Shown: positions 1 to 11,100 of the stretch, piece by piece
How the letters are laid out: every line of letters starts with the position of its first letter
How positions within the stretch are numbered: position 1 is the stretch's first letter
Assembly: GCA_019695305.1 (NCBI GenBank)
Contig: JAIBAG010000005.1
Span: 3,361-67,360, forward strand
Source: a bacterium
Lineage (GTDB): Bacteria > UBA10199 > JAIBAG01
Reading direction: 5' to 3'
DNA: 64,000 nt
Notes under the pieces: generated by a model
The model's input: the letters and a program-made list of their open reading frames with translations, nothing else
Database searches by the model: none
What the model was told of the DNA's origin: nothing
Position numbers and translations under genes: made by a program

Positions 1-452
1 TGACAGCAATAACAGACAAAGTATTAGGCGAAATATCTCCTCTAGTTGAGGCTGAAGGTTTTGAAGTAGTGGATGTAGAATGGACCAAAGATTTGGGTCG
101 CAATGTTTTAAGAGTTTATCTGGATAAAGAGGGTGGGGTTAATTTGGACGATTGCTCCAAAGTAAGCCAAATGATTGATACGGTAATTGATGTAAAGTGT
201 GATATCCCGCACCGTTATGATTTAGAAGTGTCGTCTCCAGGTGTTAATCGTCCTTTAAAAAAGAAAAAGCATTTTGAGGCCGCTTTGGGAAAAATGGTAA
301 AGGTAAAAACCCAAATGCCTATTGATGGACGTCAGAATTATAAAGGGGTTTTAAAAAAGTTGGACGAAAAACAAATGGTGATTGAAATTGATAAGAAAGA
401 TTTTTTAGTCCCGTTTGATTTGGTTTTAAAAGCTAATTTGGAAGTTTTATAA
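1..452 (+). CDS. rimP: ribosome maturation factor RimP (5' end lies upstream of the window)
   Basis: Frame-3 translation from position 3 gives ...ITDKVLGEISPLVEAEGFEVVDVEW..., continuous with the 69..452 ORF. This is the typical RimP N-terminus and C-terminal SSPGVNRPL motif. It sits directly upstream of nusA-infB. Confidence 0.85.
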   Translation, partial: TAITDKVLGEISPLVEAEGFEVVDVEWTKDLGRNVLRVYLDKEGGVNLDDCSKVSQMIDTVIDVKCDIPHRYDLEVSSPGVNRPLKKKKHFEAALGKMVKVKTQMPIDGRQNYKGVLKKLDEKQMVIEIDKKDFLVPFDLVLKANLEVL

Positions 453-462
453 GGAGAAAAGT

Positions 463-1815
463 ATGATGCAGGATTTAAACCGCGTATTAGAACAAATTGA
501 AAAAGATAAAAGTATTCCGCGCAAAGCGCTGGTGGAGGCTATTGAATCGGCTATGCTGATGGCCGCCCGTAAAAAATACGGTTTTTTGGGTGACTTGGAA
601 GCCACCTATAACGAAGAATTGGGAGAAGTAGAAATTTTTGAATTTAAAACCGTTGCCGAAACAATTACCAATCCCCATACCGAAGTATCGGTAGCCGAAG
701 CCGCCAAGCTCGATCCGGATGCAACCGTTGGCGATAGTATTGGTCAAAAAGTTGATGCCTCCATTTTAGGCCGCATTGCTGCTCAAACCGCTAAACAAGT
801 TATTATTCAAAAGTTGCGCGATGCCGAACGTGATGTGATTTTCCAGGAATACAAAGACCGCGTGGGTCAGGTTATCTCAGGTGTGGTTCGTCGTTTTGAA
901 AAAGGAAACCTGATTGTAGATTTGGGTAAAACGGAAGCTATTATTCCTTACAAAGAACAATCTCCTACCGAATCCTATAAAACCAACGATCGTATTCAGG
1001 CTTACTTTTTAGAGCTCAACAACTCGGGTAGAGGTTCGCAGGTTATTTTATCGCGCCGTCATCCTGGCTTGGTAAAAGCGTTGTTTGAAATGGAAGTTCC
1101 CGAAATTGCCGAAGGGATTGTAGAAATTAAAAGTTGTGCTCGCGAACCCGGAGTGCGTGCCAAGGTAGCTGTTTACTCGGCTGATGGTGATGTGGATCCA
1201 GTGGGTGCGTGTGTGGGGATGAAAGGTTCTCGCGTGCAGAGTGTGGTTCAGGAACTGCGCGGTGAAAAAATTGATATTGTGTTGTGGGATGAAGATCCGG
1301 CTAAATTTGTTTGTAATGCTATTGCTCCTGCCGAAGTGAGCAAGGTTATTATTAAAGATAACGAAAAAGCCATGGAAATTATTGTAGCCGATGATCAGTT
1401 GTCGCTGGCTATTGGTCGTAAAGGACAAAACGTACGCTTGGCCGCCAACCTCACCGGTTGGAATATTGATATTTATTCCGAAACCAAAATGGAAGAATTG
1501 GCCAAAATGGCCAAGCAAAAACTGGTGGAAGATTTGGGTATTGATGATGCTACGGCCACCGTTCTTTACAGTCATGCTTTCCGTTCTGCCGAAGAAATTG
1601 CCGAAATTGGTTTGGAATCGTTTGTTCAAATTCCAGGTATGTCTAAAGACGTGTTAAACGGTATTTTTGAAAAAGCCAAAGTAATAAATGATGCCAAAAA
1701 AGCGGAGGAAGCTGCCGCTCGTGCCCGTTCGGCCGATGTAAAATTAAGAAAGGCCGAAACGGCAGTTGATGACGAAGAACCTACCGAGGTTCTGAGTGCC
1801 GATGAACAGGCTTAA
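463..1815 (+). CDS. nusA: transcription termination/antitermination factor NusA
   Basis: 450-aa ORF with NusA N-domain, S1 and KH-like regions (GxxG ...IGRKGQNVRLAANLTGW). Conserved rimP-nusA-infB synteny and an RBS before the start. Confidence 0.95.
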   Translation: MMQDLNRVLEQIEKDKSIPRKALVEAIESAMLMAARKKYGFLGDLEATYNEELGEVEIFEFKTVAETITNPHTEVSVAEAAKLDPDATVGDSIGQKVDASILGRIAAQTAKQVIIQKLRDAERDVIFQEYKDRVGQVISGVVRRFEKGNLIVDLGKTEAIIPYKEQSPTESYKTNDRIQAYFLELNNSGRGSQVILSRRHPGLVKALFEMEVPEIAEGIVEIKSCAREPGVRAKVAVYSADGDVDPVGACVGMKGSRVQSVVQELRGEKIDIVLWDEDPAKFVCNAIAPAEVSKVIIKDNEKAMEIIVADDQLSLAIGRKGQNVRLAANLTGWNIDIYSETKMEELAKMAKQKLVEDLGIDDATATVLYSHAFRSAEEIAEIGLESFVQIPGMSKDVLNGIFEKAKVINDAKKAEEAAARARSADVKLRKAETAVDDEEPTEVLSADEQA

Positions 1816-1821
1816 AAAATT

Positions 1822-4248
1822 ATGGATGATAAAATTGAAGTCGTTGAAAAACGTGTAAAAACTAACATCATTCGTCGCCGTGCCAAGGCAACGGATGCTC
1901 CGGCGCCAGTTGCCGAAGAAATAAAGGTAAAGCCGGCAGAGACTGTTAAAGCTGCGCCCCCTAAGACTATTGTGCCTTCACAGCCTGTAGCGGAACAAGC
2001 GCCTCCTACTGCCAAAGTAGGTTCTAGTCGTACTGTGGTTCTTGATAAAAATCATCCTCCCCAGCAAAAAGTAGTAACCGTTATTAAAGCTCCTGATGTG
2101 GGTCAGCCTTCTCTTGCTAAGCAAAAAGAATTGCAAGAGCTAGAAGCTAAAAAAGCAAAAGAAGCAATTGTGGCTGAAAATTTGCGCAATGCCAAGCAGG
2201 CCGCTAGTGGTGCTGCGGCTCCCGCCAATGGTGAGGTGTCTGCTGTTGATATAGAAGATGAAGAAGATACAAAAAAGAACAAGGCTGCAAAAAAAGGTGG
2301 CAAAAAACGTGGTATTGATAGCTTGGATGAGTTTGAAGGTTTTGGGCGTGTAGCTTCTGTAACTCAGCTGAGTCGTTTGGCTGGTAGTGACGCCATTACA
2401 CGTATTTTTCAACCCTCTAAAGGCGGCGCTAAAAAGAAAAAAATCATTAGCAAAAAAGGACTTAAAAAAACCTCCATTACACAAATTAAAGCTTCTAAGC
2501 GTATTGTAGAAGTTGATCAGGCTATTACTGTTGCTAATCTTGCTCAGCAAATGAACGTGAAGGCTGGTGAGCTTATTAAAAAATTGATGGGCATGGGTAG
2601 TATGGCTACTCAAAATCAGGCTATCGATATTGAAACAGCAACCTTGCTCGCGCAAGAGTTTGGATACGAAGTGCGCGATGTGGCCTTTAACGAAGAAAAA
2701 GTATTGCAAGAATTAAGTATTGAAAGTGAAGAGGGCATGGAACACCGTCCTCCTGTTGTCACCATCATGGGACACGTGGATCATGGTAAAACATCTCTTT
2801 TAGATGCTATTCGTTCGGCCAATGTGGCCTCTGGCGAAGCGGGTGGTATTACTCAGCACATTGGCGCCTACACAATTACAATTCCTAAGGGAAAAATTAC
2901 CTTTCTTGATACGCCTGGCCACGCAGCTTTTACCGCCATGCGTGCCCGTGGGGCCAGTGTTACCGATATTGTGGTGTTAGTTGTGGCTGCAGACGACGGT
3001 ATTATGCCGCAGACGATTGAATCAATCGATCATGCGCGTGCTGCCGAAGTACCTATTGTGGTGGCTATTAATAAAATTGATAAACCTGAAGCTAATCTCG
3101 ATCGCATCAAGCGTCAACTTTCCGAAAAAGGACTCTTGATTGAAGATTGGGGTGGTGATGTTTTAAGTTTTGAAGTGTCGGCCAAAACCAAAGTGGGTAT
3201 TCAAGAATTACTGGATGGTATTTTGCTTCAATCGGAAGTTTTAGAATTAAGAGCCGATCCCTCGGTATTAGCCAAGGGCGTTGTGATTGAATCGGAGTTA
3301 GATAAGCAAAAAGGAGCTGTTGCTACTTTATTGGTACAGCAAGGTACGCTTAAGGTAGGAGATGTGTTAGTTGCTGGATTTCATCAAGGTAAAGTACGTG
3401 CCATGCTTAATTATCGTGGCGAAATGGTCACCGAAGCCAAGCCTTCGGATGCAGTTCAAATATTAGGTTTAGCAGGTGTTCCTCAGGCTTCCGATACTTT
3501 TAACGTATTTAAAGATGAGCAAACAGCTGCCGAAGTAGTTGCAAACCGCGTTGCCGCAAAACGTGCTCAAGATGCCGCTAACCAATCTAAAGTTACTTTG
3601 GAAGATTTCTTTGCAAAAGCTGCGGAAGGCGAAGTTAAAGAATTGCCAGTGGTGCTTAAAACAGACGTTTTTGGTTCACTCGAAGCTATTCGTGAAGCCT
3701 TAGTGAAACTGTCTACCGAAAAAGTAAAACTTAAAATTATTCACTCATCAGTGGGTGGTATAAATGAATCCGATGTTCTCTTAGCTTCCGCTTCTAACGC
3801 TATCATCATTGGTTTTAACGTTCGTCCCGAAACCAAAGCTATTGGTACTGCCAAAGGTGAAGGTGTGGATATTAAGGTTTATAAAATTATCTACGAAATG
3901 GTGGAAGATGTAAAACTTGCCATGAAGGGTTTGCTTGCTCCTACTCGCAAAGAAACCTATTTGGGCCGCGCCGAAGTTCGCGATACTTTTACGGTTTCCA
4001 AAATTGGTCTTATTGCCGGTTGTATGGTGATTGATGGCAAGGTAACCCGTACCGCCAACCTGCGTCTGTTGCGTGATAACGTCATCTTGTTTGAAGGTAA
4101 GATTGGCTCTTTAAAGCGCTTTAAGGACGATGCCAAAGAAGTAGCTCAAGGTATGGAATGCGGTGTTGGTCTTTCGGGTTATCAGGATATTAAACCTGGT
4201 GACGTACTTGAATTCTACAATCTCGAATTAATTGCCACCGAATTATAG
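1822..4248 (+). CDS. infB: translation initiation factor IF-2
   Basis: 808 aa with a low-complexity Lys/Ala-rich N-terminus and a GTPase domain ([21 protein letters not shown]) followed by conserved IF-2 C-domains. Confidence 0.96.
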   Translation: MDDKIEVVEKRVKTNIIRRRAKATDAPAPVAEEIKVKPAETVKAAPPKTIVPSQPVAEQAPPTAKVGSSRTVVLDKNHPPQQKVVTVIKAPDVGQPSLAKQKELQELEAKKAKEAIVAENLRNAKQAASGAAAPANGEVSAVDIEDEEDTKKNKAAKKGGKKRGIDSLDEFEGFGRVASVTQLSRLAGSDAITRIFQPSKGGAKKKKIISKKGLKKTSITQIKASKRIVEVDQAITVANLAQQMNVKAGELIKKLMGMGSMATQNQAIDIETATLLAQEFGYEVRDVAFNEEKVLQELSIESEEGMEHRPPVVTIMGHVDHGKTSLLDAIRSANVASGEAGGITQHIGAYTITIPKGKITFLDTPGHAAFTAMRARGASVTDIVVLVVAADDGIMPQTIESIDHARAAEVPIVVAINKIDKPEANLDRIKRQLSEKGLLIEDWGGDVLSFEVSAKTKVGIQELLDGILLQSEVLELRADPSVLAKGVVIESELDKQKGAVATLLVQQGTLKVGDVLVAGFHQGKVRAMLNYRGEMVTEAKPSDAVQILGLAGVPQASDTFNVFKDEQTAAEVVANRVAAKRAQDAANQSKVTLEDFFAKAAEGEVKELPVVLKTDVFGSLEAIREALVKLSTEKVKLKIIHSSVGGINESDVLLASASNAIIIGFNVRPETKAIGTAKGEGVDIKVYKIIYEMVEDVKLAMKGLLAPTRKETYLGRAEVRDTFTVSKIGLIAGCMVIDGKVTRTANLRLLRDNVILFEGKIGSLKRFKDDAKEVAQGMECGVGLSGYQDIKPGDVLEFYNLELIATEL

Positions 4249-4257
4249 GAACCGGCC

Positions 4258-4620
4258 ATGGATGACGGACGTCGCATAAAACGTGTTTCGGCCGAGTATT
4301 TTGAAGAATTATCCAAAATGCTGATCACCGAAATTAACGAACCTAAATTAAAACACGCCCGTGTTACCGAAGTTTCCTTTACTAAAGATCTCCATTTAGC
4401 GCGCGTTTATTATGTAGTGGATGGGGAAAACCCTAATGTTGCTGAAGCAGATAAAGGATTTAAAAAATGCCGCGGTTTTTTAAAGCGTGAACTTTCACAG
4501 CGTATACCTCTTCGATATGCCCCCGATTTAGAATTTATCTTTGATGATAAGTACGAATCCAACTTAAGGCTGGAAAAAATCTTCAGCGATCTGGATAAAA
4601 CTAAAGAAAAAGCAGAGTAG
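4258..4620 (+). CDS. rbfA: ribosome-binding factor A
   Basis: 120 aa lying immediately after infB. RbfA-like sequence (RVSAEY..., ...RIPLRYAPDLEFIFD). Confidence 0.9.
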   Translation: MDDGRRIKRVSAEYFEELSKMLITEINEPKLKHARVTEVSFTKDLHLARVYYVVDGENPNVAEADKGFKKCRGFLKRELSQRIPLRYAPDLEFIFDDKYESNLRLEKIFSDLDKTKEKAE

Positions 4621-4628
4621 GTCTAATT

Positions 4629-5477
4629 ATGCACGGTTTTTTCCTCATCGATAAACCAGCCGGAATTTCGTCTAACAAGGCGCTTAGCCAAATTAAAAGA
4701 AATCTTAAAATTAAAAAAATGGGCCACACGGGCACGCTCGATCCTTTTGCCCAAGGTTTACTGGTGGCTGCCTCGGGCGAGGCCACAAAGTTTATATATT
4801 ATCTGGAGGCAGCTGATAAATGCTATGAAGCAAAGCTTCAATTAGGTGTTAAAACTGATACTTTAGATAGTTATGGACAAATACTTGAAAAACAAGATAT
4901 TTCTAAAATAGATAAAGATAAAATTGAGTCTGTTTTTAATCAGTTTTTAGGCCCTCAACTACAAATACCACCGATGTTTTCGGCTAAAAAAGTGGATGGA
5001 GATAAACTGTATGACTTAGCCCGGAAGGGAATCGAAGTGGAGCGGAAGGCATGTTCCATTGAGATTAAAAAACTAGTGTTATTGGATCAGCAGTCCGATT
5101 CAATGAGCTTTGAAGTCGTCTGTTCCAAAGGAACCTATGTGCGGGTGTTGGGCGAAGATATTGCGGGGGCCTTAGGTAACTTGGGACACTTAAGTTATCT
5201 TAAACGGATATCGAGTGACGGGTTTAATGTGAAGGATGCCTTGGCGCCGGAAAAACTTAGCGGGATGAGTATTCCACTTGAGAAACTTCACCATTACCTC
5301 AAATATCCATTATTCACTTTGGATGAGACTAGTATCACAGCGTTAAAGGCAGGAAAGTTTGTAGCGCACTCTCAAGCAGGAGGTTTATACTCCGTTCTAA
5401 ATGACAAGGAAGAGTTCTGTGGCTTGGTTAAAAGCGAAGGCGCGCTTTTAAAACCAGAGCGCATGGCAATGGTGTGA
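4629..5477 (+). CDS. truB: tRNA pseudouridine(55) synthase TruB
   Basis: 282 aa with the HGFFLIDKPAGISS...GHTGTLDP catalytic-Asp motif. Conserved position after rbfA. Confidence 0.93.
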   Translation: MHGFFLIDKPAGISSNKALSQIKRNLKIKKMGHTGTLDPFAQGLLVAASGEATKFIYYLEAADKCYEAKLQLGVKTDTLDSYGQILEKQDISKIDKDKIESVFNQFLGPQLQIPPMFSAKKVDGDKLYDLARKGIEVERKACSIEIKKLVLLDQQSDSMSFEVVCSKGTYVRVLGEDIAGALGNLGHLSYLKRISSDGFNVKDALAPEKLSGMSIPLEKLHHYLKYPLFTLDETSITALKAGKFVAHSQAGGLYSVLNDKEEFCGLVKSEGALLKPERMAMV

Positions 5478-5478
5478 A

Positions 5479-5572
5479 GAGTAACCCACCCTGTCCCTCC
5501 CTTAATCTAAGGGAGGGAACGTTCTTGGCCCCTCCCACTTAAATTAAGGGGGAGGACGGGAGGGGGTTACTC
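5479..5572. repeat. nested-palindrome MITE/REP-like element, copy 1
   Basis: GAGTAACCCACCCTGTCC + hairpin (CCCTCCC-TTAATCTAA-GGGAGGG) + spacer + second hairpin (CCCCTCC...GGGGGAGG) + GGGAGGGGGTTACTC. The termini are inverted repeats. The family recurs at 6795, 37954, 39194 and 50606. Its 3' terminal GTTAC provides the TAA stop of the convergent minus-strand gene. Confidence 0.85.
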
Positions 5573-6739
5573 CCCGTACAGCAAATACTTCTCACTACTT
5601 TTCACAAACGCTTTTGTCTCCGTCTCCCAACTTTGATACAGCTTGTTCAAATCACCTTTTTCTTCCACGCATTCCCGGTAAGCCGAACTTCCGGTTAGAA
5701 GATCAATGGCCGGAATCTCATCAACAAATTCATAAGGCTTGGCTCTCCATTTAAAATCGTTCGGGTAAAGATCTTTCAGTGTTTTAAGCAATACACAGGA
5801 GAGATAAAGCGGGATAATTTTGTTTCGATCGGTAATGTGAATCTGCAAGCCGCCACAATTCTGCATGGCTGCCTTTTGAAAAGTAGGGCGATAATAAATG
5901 GGACGGAGATGAAAGCCATCGAAACGATAATTATTTAAGGTCTCTAGCCAACGATACGGATCGATAAAGGGAGCGCCGATAAATTCAAAGGGTTTTGTTG
6001 TGCCGCGGCCTTCTGATAAGTCTGTTGCTTCTACCAAACACTGGCCGGGATAAACAAGGGCAGCTTCAAGTGTTGGCATGTTGGGTGACGGAAGGACCCA
6101 GGGAAGGCCGGTGTCGTCAAAATACATCGTCCTTTTCCACCCCTTCATTTTAATGATTTGCAACTTACATCCAATATTAAATTCTGTATTAAAAAGAAGA
6201 GCTAGCTCGCCAACTGTCATGCCGTGGCGATTAGGAAGAGGGTAATAGCCAACAAATGATTCGAACCCTTTTTGAACAAGAGGCCCTTCAACATCAACAC
6301 CATTAATGGGATTAGGACGATCGAGAACGATCACTTCTACGCCGGTTTTAGCGGCTGTTTGCATGCAAAAAGCGATGGTATAAATAAAGGTATAGTAACG
6401 CGATCCAATATCTTGCAAATCGCACACCAGCACATCGATATTTTTAAAATCATTTTCGGTAGGTTTTAACGATTCGAGTGTTGGTCCATACAGGCTTTTT
6501 ACCGGAAGACCGGTTTGGGAGTCTACCGACGAATCCACATGATCCATATCCTGGGCTTCGCCACGGATACCGTGCTCGGGGCCAAAAAGTTGGGTGATAT
6601 TGATTTTATTTTTGAGAAGTAAATCTACAATGTGGTTGAATTGACTATCCACACTGGCTGGGTGAGCCAACACACCCACGCGTTTCTTTTTAAGTTTGGG
6701 TAAGAAAGATGAAAGTTGACCTAATCCTGTTTTAACCAT
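5567..6739 (-). CDS. DUF1343 family protein (NamZ-like exo-beta-N-acetylmuramidase)
   Basis: 390 aa. N-terminal KRVGVLAHPASVD...LFGPEHGIRG matches the conserved DUF1343/NamZ signature as I recall it. Confidence 0.6.
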   Translation of the reverse strand: MVKTGLGQLSSFLPKLKKKRVGVLAHPASVDSQFNHIVDLLLKNKINITQLFGPEHGIRGEAQDMDHVDSSVDSQTGLPVKSLYGPTLESLKPTENDFKNIDVLVCDLQDIGSRYYTFIYTIAFCMQTAAKTGVEVIVLDRPNPINGVDVEGPLVQKGFESFVGYYPLPNRHGMTVGELALLFNTEFNIGCKLQIIKMKGWKRTMYFDDTGLPWVLPSPNMPTLEAALVYPGQCLVEATDLSEGRGTTKPFEFIGAPFIDPYRWLETLNNYRFDGFHLRPIYYRPTFQKAAMQNCGGLQIHITDRNKIIPLYLSCVLLKTLKDLYPNDFKWRAKPYEFVDEIPAIDLLTGSSAYRECVEEKGDLNKLYQSWETETKAFVKSSEKYLLYGE

Positions 6740-6794
6740 GGAGTAGTTCTAGGCTATTTAACTCTTTTTTTCTATCTTAAAATCTGTCATTCAA

Positions 6795-6912
6795 GAGTAA
6801 CCCCCTCCTGACCTCCCCCTTACTCTAAGGGGGAGGGACGTGTGCTTCTAATAATATCTAGTTATTAGTTCTCCTCCCTTAAGGTAAGGGAGGAGACAGA
6901 GGTGGGTTACTC
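6795..6912. repeat. nested-palindrome MITE/REP-like element, copy 2 (with extra internal palindrome)
   Basis: GAGTAACCCCCTCCTGACC...CCCCCTTACTCTAAGGGGGAGGG, a central CTAATAA-N-TTATTAG palindrome, CTCCTCCCTTAAGGTAAGGGAGGAG, and a GGTGGGTTACTC terminus. It lies in the intergenic region before the acyl-CoA dehydrogenase gene. Confidence 0.85.
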
Positions 6913-6930
6913 TTCGTTTGGGAAAGTTTT

Positions 6931-8061
6931 ATGACAACTTATTTTACTGAAACCCACAACCAACTCAAAACTACCATTCATAAATTTGTTGAAAAAGAAA
7001 TTTTGCCTCATATTCACACTTGGGAGGAAAAAAATGAATTTCCCAAGGAACTTTATAAAAAAGTAGGCGACTTGGGTTTTTTAGGTTTGGGATTTGATCC
7101 GGCTTTTGGTGGGGTAGAATCGGATATTTTTCACACGATGGTGTTGGTGACTGAAATGATGCGTTCTACCTCGCAGGGTTTGCTGGCGTCTCTTTTTTCT
7201 CATTCTATTGCCATTCCGCCTATTGATAAATTAGGAACCGACGAACAAAAAAATAAATTTATGAAACCGGTGTTGGCTGGAAATAAAATTGCCGCACTAG
7301 CCATTACCGAGCCTAATGCCGGTTCGGATGTGGCACATATTCAAACTAAGGCTAAACAACAGGGCAATCATTATCTTGTTAATGGATCCAAGATGTTTAT
7401 CACCAGTGGTTGCCGCGCAGATTTTTATACTACGGCCGTGCGCACTGGTGGAGAAGGGCATGAAGGGATTTCGCTCTTGTTGATTGAACGCAACACACCG
7501 GGTCTTGCGGTGGAAAAGAAATTGGACAAGATGGGCTGGTGGGCATCCGATACAGCGCTCATTAGTTTTAACGACTGTAAAGTGCCCGTAGATAATCTCC
7601 TCGGCGAAGAAAATAAAGGGTTTTATGGCATCATGGCTAATTTTGAAAGTGAGCGCTTGTTTTTAGCGGGGATGGCAGTGGGGAGTGCTCAAGTTGCCTA
7701 TGAAAAAGCTTTGGAGTACGCTCAAACACGCGAGGCGTTTGGTGGTGCGCTCATAAAAAAACAAGTGATCCGTCATAAACTGGCCGAGATGACAACCCTT
7801 CTTACTGTTTCTCGAGAATATTTATACTCCGTTTGCCAAAAGAAAAAAGACGGCGAACCCATTCTTAAAGAAGCAGCTATGGCTAAAAACTTTTGTGTGA
7901 CCTCCTGTCAAACGGTAGTGGATGAAGCCGTCCAGATTTTTGGAGGGATGGGCTATATGCGCGAAAACCCCGTGGAACGTCTTTACAGGGATATGCGCCT
8001 GCTTTCTATTGGAGGCGGCACGCATGAAGTGATGAATGAAATCATTGCTAAGTTTTTATAG
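6931..8061 (+). CDS. acyl-CoA dehydrogenase
   Basis: 376 aa with acyl-CoA dehydrogenase N, middle and C-terminal signatures (...FITSG..., QIFGGMGYMRENPVERLYRDMRL). Confidence 0.88.
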   Translation: MTTYFTETHNQLKTTIHKFVEKEILPHIHTWEEKNEFPKELYKKVGDLGFLGLGFDPAFGGVESDIFHTMVLVTEMMRSTSQGLLASLFSHSIAIPPIDKLGTDEQKNKFMKPVLAGNKIAALAITEPNAGSDVAHIQTKAKQQGNHYLVNGSKMFITSGCRADFYTTAVRTGGEGHEGISLLLIERNTPGLAVEKKLDKMGWWASDTALISFNDCKVPVDNLLGEENKGFYGIMANFESERLFLAGMAVGSAQVAYEKALEYAQTREAFGGALIKKQVIRHKLAEMTTLLTVSREYLYSVCQKKKDGEPILKEAAMAKNFCVTSCQTVVDEAVQIFGGMGYMRENPVERLYRDMRLLSIGGGTHEVMNEIIAKFL

Positions 8062-8199
8062 GAATTTCAATGTGTTACAATTAAATTAAATTAAATTAGT
8101 GATAACAACTTGTTGCCGCTTTCTATCTAACTCCCTATTTTTTTAGACATTTTTTTGTCCTATTTAGCCGATAACTATAATGGGTGAAAGTTTATAGTT

Positions 8200-11100
8200 A
8201 TGGGGAAAGTATCTGTCGAGAAACATCTTTTGGTATTAACTGATCAGGCCGCTAAGGAAGACGTATCGTCAAATCCCCACAAGTCTACTCATCATGATCT
8301 TTCATTACACTGGTTTAAAAAGGTCCAAGAACGTTACGATAAAAAACTAAAACCACTAGATGAGTTTGTTGATGATTCCAAAAAAATAATACTGACAAGA
8401 TCTAAAAGTATGGGGAGTGCATTTGTACCTTCCTTTTTAGCACGCAATCCAAGTTTGGATGTTTCTTTTATTTCGCAAGATCCTATTCCTATAACTCATT
8501 TGCGGTTGGGAGCTGAAGGTAAAACCCATGACCTTGATAATGCAACAGAAACGCTAAAGGACAAACTGAAAGTTGTAGAAAGCAAACTTCGTATGTTGAG
8601 TATGGCGCAAGCCGAGTTGCGAAAAAAAATACCCGAATCTGAAATGAGAGAAGCAGAGAGTGACGATTTTAAAAATAAATTAAGTCTAGCAGCTAGCACT
8701 TTGAAGGGTACGCCCTCATGGGTGAGTAGTGAGGGTAATAAAGAATATGCCTTGGATGCCTACAATGATATTCGTCAGGCTGTGAGTTTATATCAGGATC
8801 ATATCCGGGATGTACGCCAGAAAGTGGGAGAGTACGAAAAACAATTACGCGGTTTAGATGAACAGTATACGGCTCTCATGCGCGATAAAATTAATTTAGA
8901 GATTGATAACCTTGTTTTGATGGCTAAAGCGGGTCAACCCGGTGTGCAAGAACGATTGGAAACTTTGCCATTATGGCTGGCAAATTTGCCAGCCGAATGG
9001 ATTCCTCAGCGTATGCGGGTTGCTGTTGCGGATGTGCGTCAGTCGCTTGTTGCTAAATCTCCCGACTCTCTTTTGCTGGGCGCTCTCGCTAAAAAAGATT
9101 CCACCACAGCCATTGATCAGGCTGCTTGGCTTTATGAGCATAACAATCCACAGCTAAAAAGTGTTCGCGAGTTTGACGAATCGGTGCGCAAATTGGGTAA
9201 TATTCACGATGATATCAATTACCTCGCAATTTTAAAGTCTGTACCAGGCCAAAAACCCGAAAATATTGCGGCTTTAAGCAAGTTATCCCGCGAACAATTA
9301 CAGGAGTTGTATGCTATTTCTCTTAGTCAATATGGGAATGTGCAACCAAATTATGAGCTTATTGTAAAAAAATATCCTCAACTTCAAAGTGCTGCGCAAA
9401 CTGTTATAAAGCAATTTATTGAGAAGGGTTATTATTGCGTTTTTTTGGGGGGATATCCAAATGCTCAGCAACTTAATGATCCCAAGTATTGGGCTTTTGT
9501 ATGCTTTGAAAATGATAATGATTTTTGGACGGTGTCACGTCTTAATAATTGGTTAGTTAAAAACGGTGAAACAGAGGGGAGTACTTATGTGTCAATGGTA
9601 TTAGACTATAGTAGCATAACTCTTTTTGAAACAGACGATGTAAAAAAACTTTTAGGTACCCAAGAGCCCGAAGCCGAATTGATGAATAACGTTTTAACTC
9701 AAGTTTGGCCTATGGAGGAGTTGAGAAAAGCCGCTCAGGAATTGTGTGGTTGGCAAGAAATTTTAGGTGCTATTACCGGTGCATTGCAAAACCCGCAAAC
9801 TTACAAAACATCACTGGGAATTGAGGGGCTACGGCACGCTATACGTTGTTTAGAATCGGTTTCTCGAGATGCTATACAAACTGTACGTGAGTTTTTTAGG
9901 GAACATGCAGAAGAAGTAGCAAAGTTGGAATCTCTGTTTATTCCTGCTGTTGGTGGAAGCAAGGCCGAACAAACGCTTGCTTATACCCGCAATATGATTT
10001 TGGGTTTAAGGGCTATTTTGGGTGATGGTACCCATAAGCAAAGTGGATCGCTCGCTCAATTAAAAATTTATGCCGACGAAGCCATGCCCGATGATTTTTG
10101 GAAGTTTTCTCAAAGCTTTTTAGTGCCTACATTGTTATCGGTTGCCACATCGTGTGTCCTGATGCGCATGGCAGGTGTAGGCCTCGCCCGGCTTGGTGTG
10201 TGGTTGACAGGCGGAGAAGACTTACTGCTGGCAAGCGGAAGTGCCGAACTTTTTTTAACTACACAGGCATTGTCGGGGTTTGTACAAACAGCAACTCAGG
10301 AAGTTGTTAGATATGAATATGATGAAAAATTGAATAAATCAACTCATTGTGCCGGTAGTATTTATAAATGGGTGCATGGGGAAAAAAGTTTATTGGAAGC
10401 TTTGGATGATTTTTCTGAATCCTGGCTTGAGGCGTCGGTTGCCTCCGCAGGTACCAGCATTGGTGGCAAAGCCTGGGGAGGGGTTGCAGGAATTTTACAA
10501 GAATCAAAACAACCGCTTTTAAAAGCTTTAGGCAAGGCCTCGGATGTTTTTGCCAGAATTTTTGATGATGTAGATGATCAGTTAGGCGAACTCTCTTCAA
10601 AATTCTACAAAAAACCGCTGATAGATAGTGTTGGAAAGGAAATGTGGGAGGAGAGCGGTTCGTATTTTATGCAGGTTAATATCGATCCTCTCATGCCTGA
10701 TTGGTTACCTGTATCCGCCAGTACATTATATGATATGGCAGCTGGAGGTCACAGTAGTAAGGCTTTTGATTCTCAAATTCAAGTGATTAGATCAGAACCT
10801 ATAATTGCTTCCAATATTTTTTCTGATTTGCAGGCTATCGATTTTGAAACCGCCGCTTATTTACAATGGGCAAAGGATAACAAAGTTGTTGTTCGTTATG
10901 TAGAAGGCACACAGGTTGTGTTTAACTTGGCGAGTCAGGAAATTTTAATTGGCAATAATTCTCCAGAAGCACAAACCCCTGCTTTGTTAGTGAGCACCTT
11001 GGTGCACGAAATCCGTCACCGACAGGTGCAAGAAGCATTATCCAAGCAAGAAACACCGGCTACAATGACACGTGAGGAATTTATAGCTCTCAATTTAGAG

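Noticed and set aside
2140-2709. 189-aa and other antisense ORFs inside infB, nusA, the giant gene, gltB and similar (e.g. 487..747, 1048..1629, 2103..2303, 10307..10600, 16284..16787, 54289..54865)
   Set aside because: They lie entirely within and antisense to strongly supported genes. Their composition is low-complexity. They are shadow ORFs.
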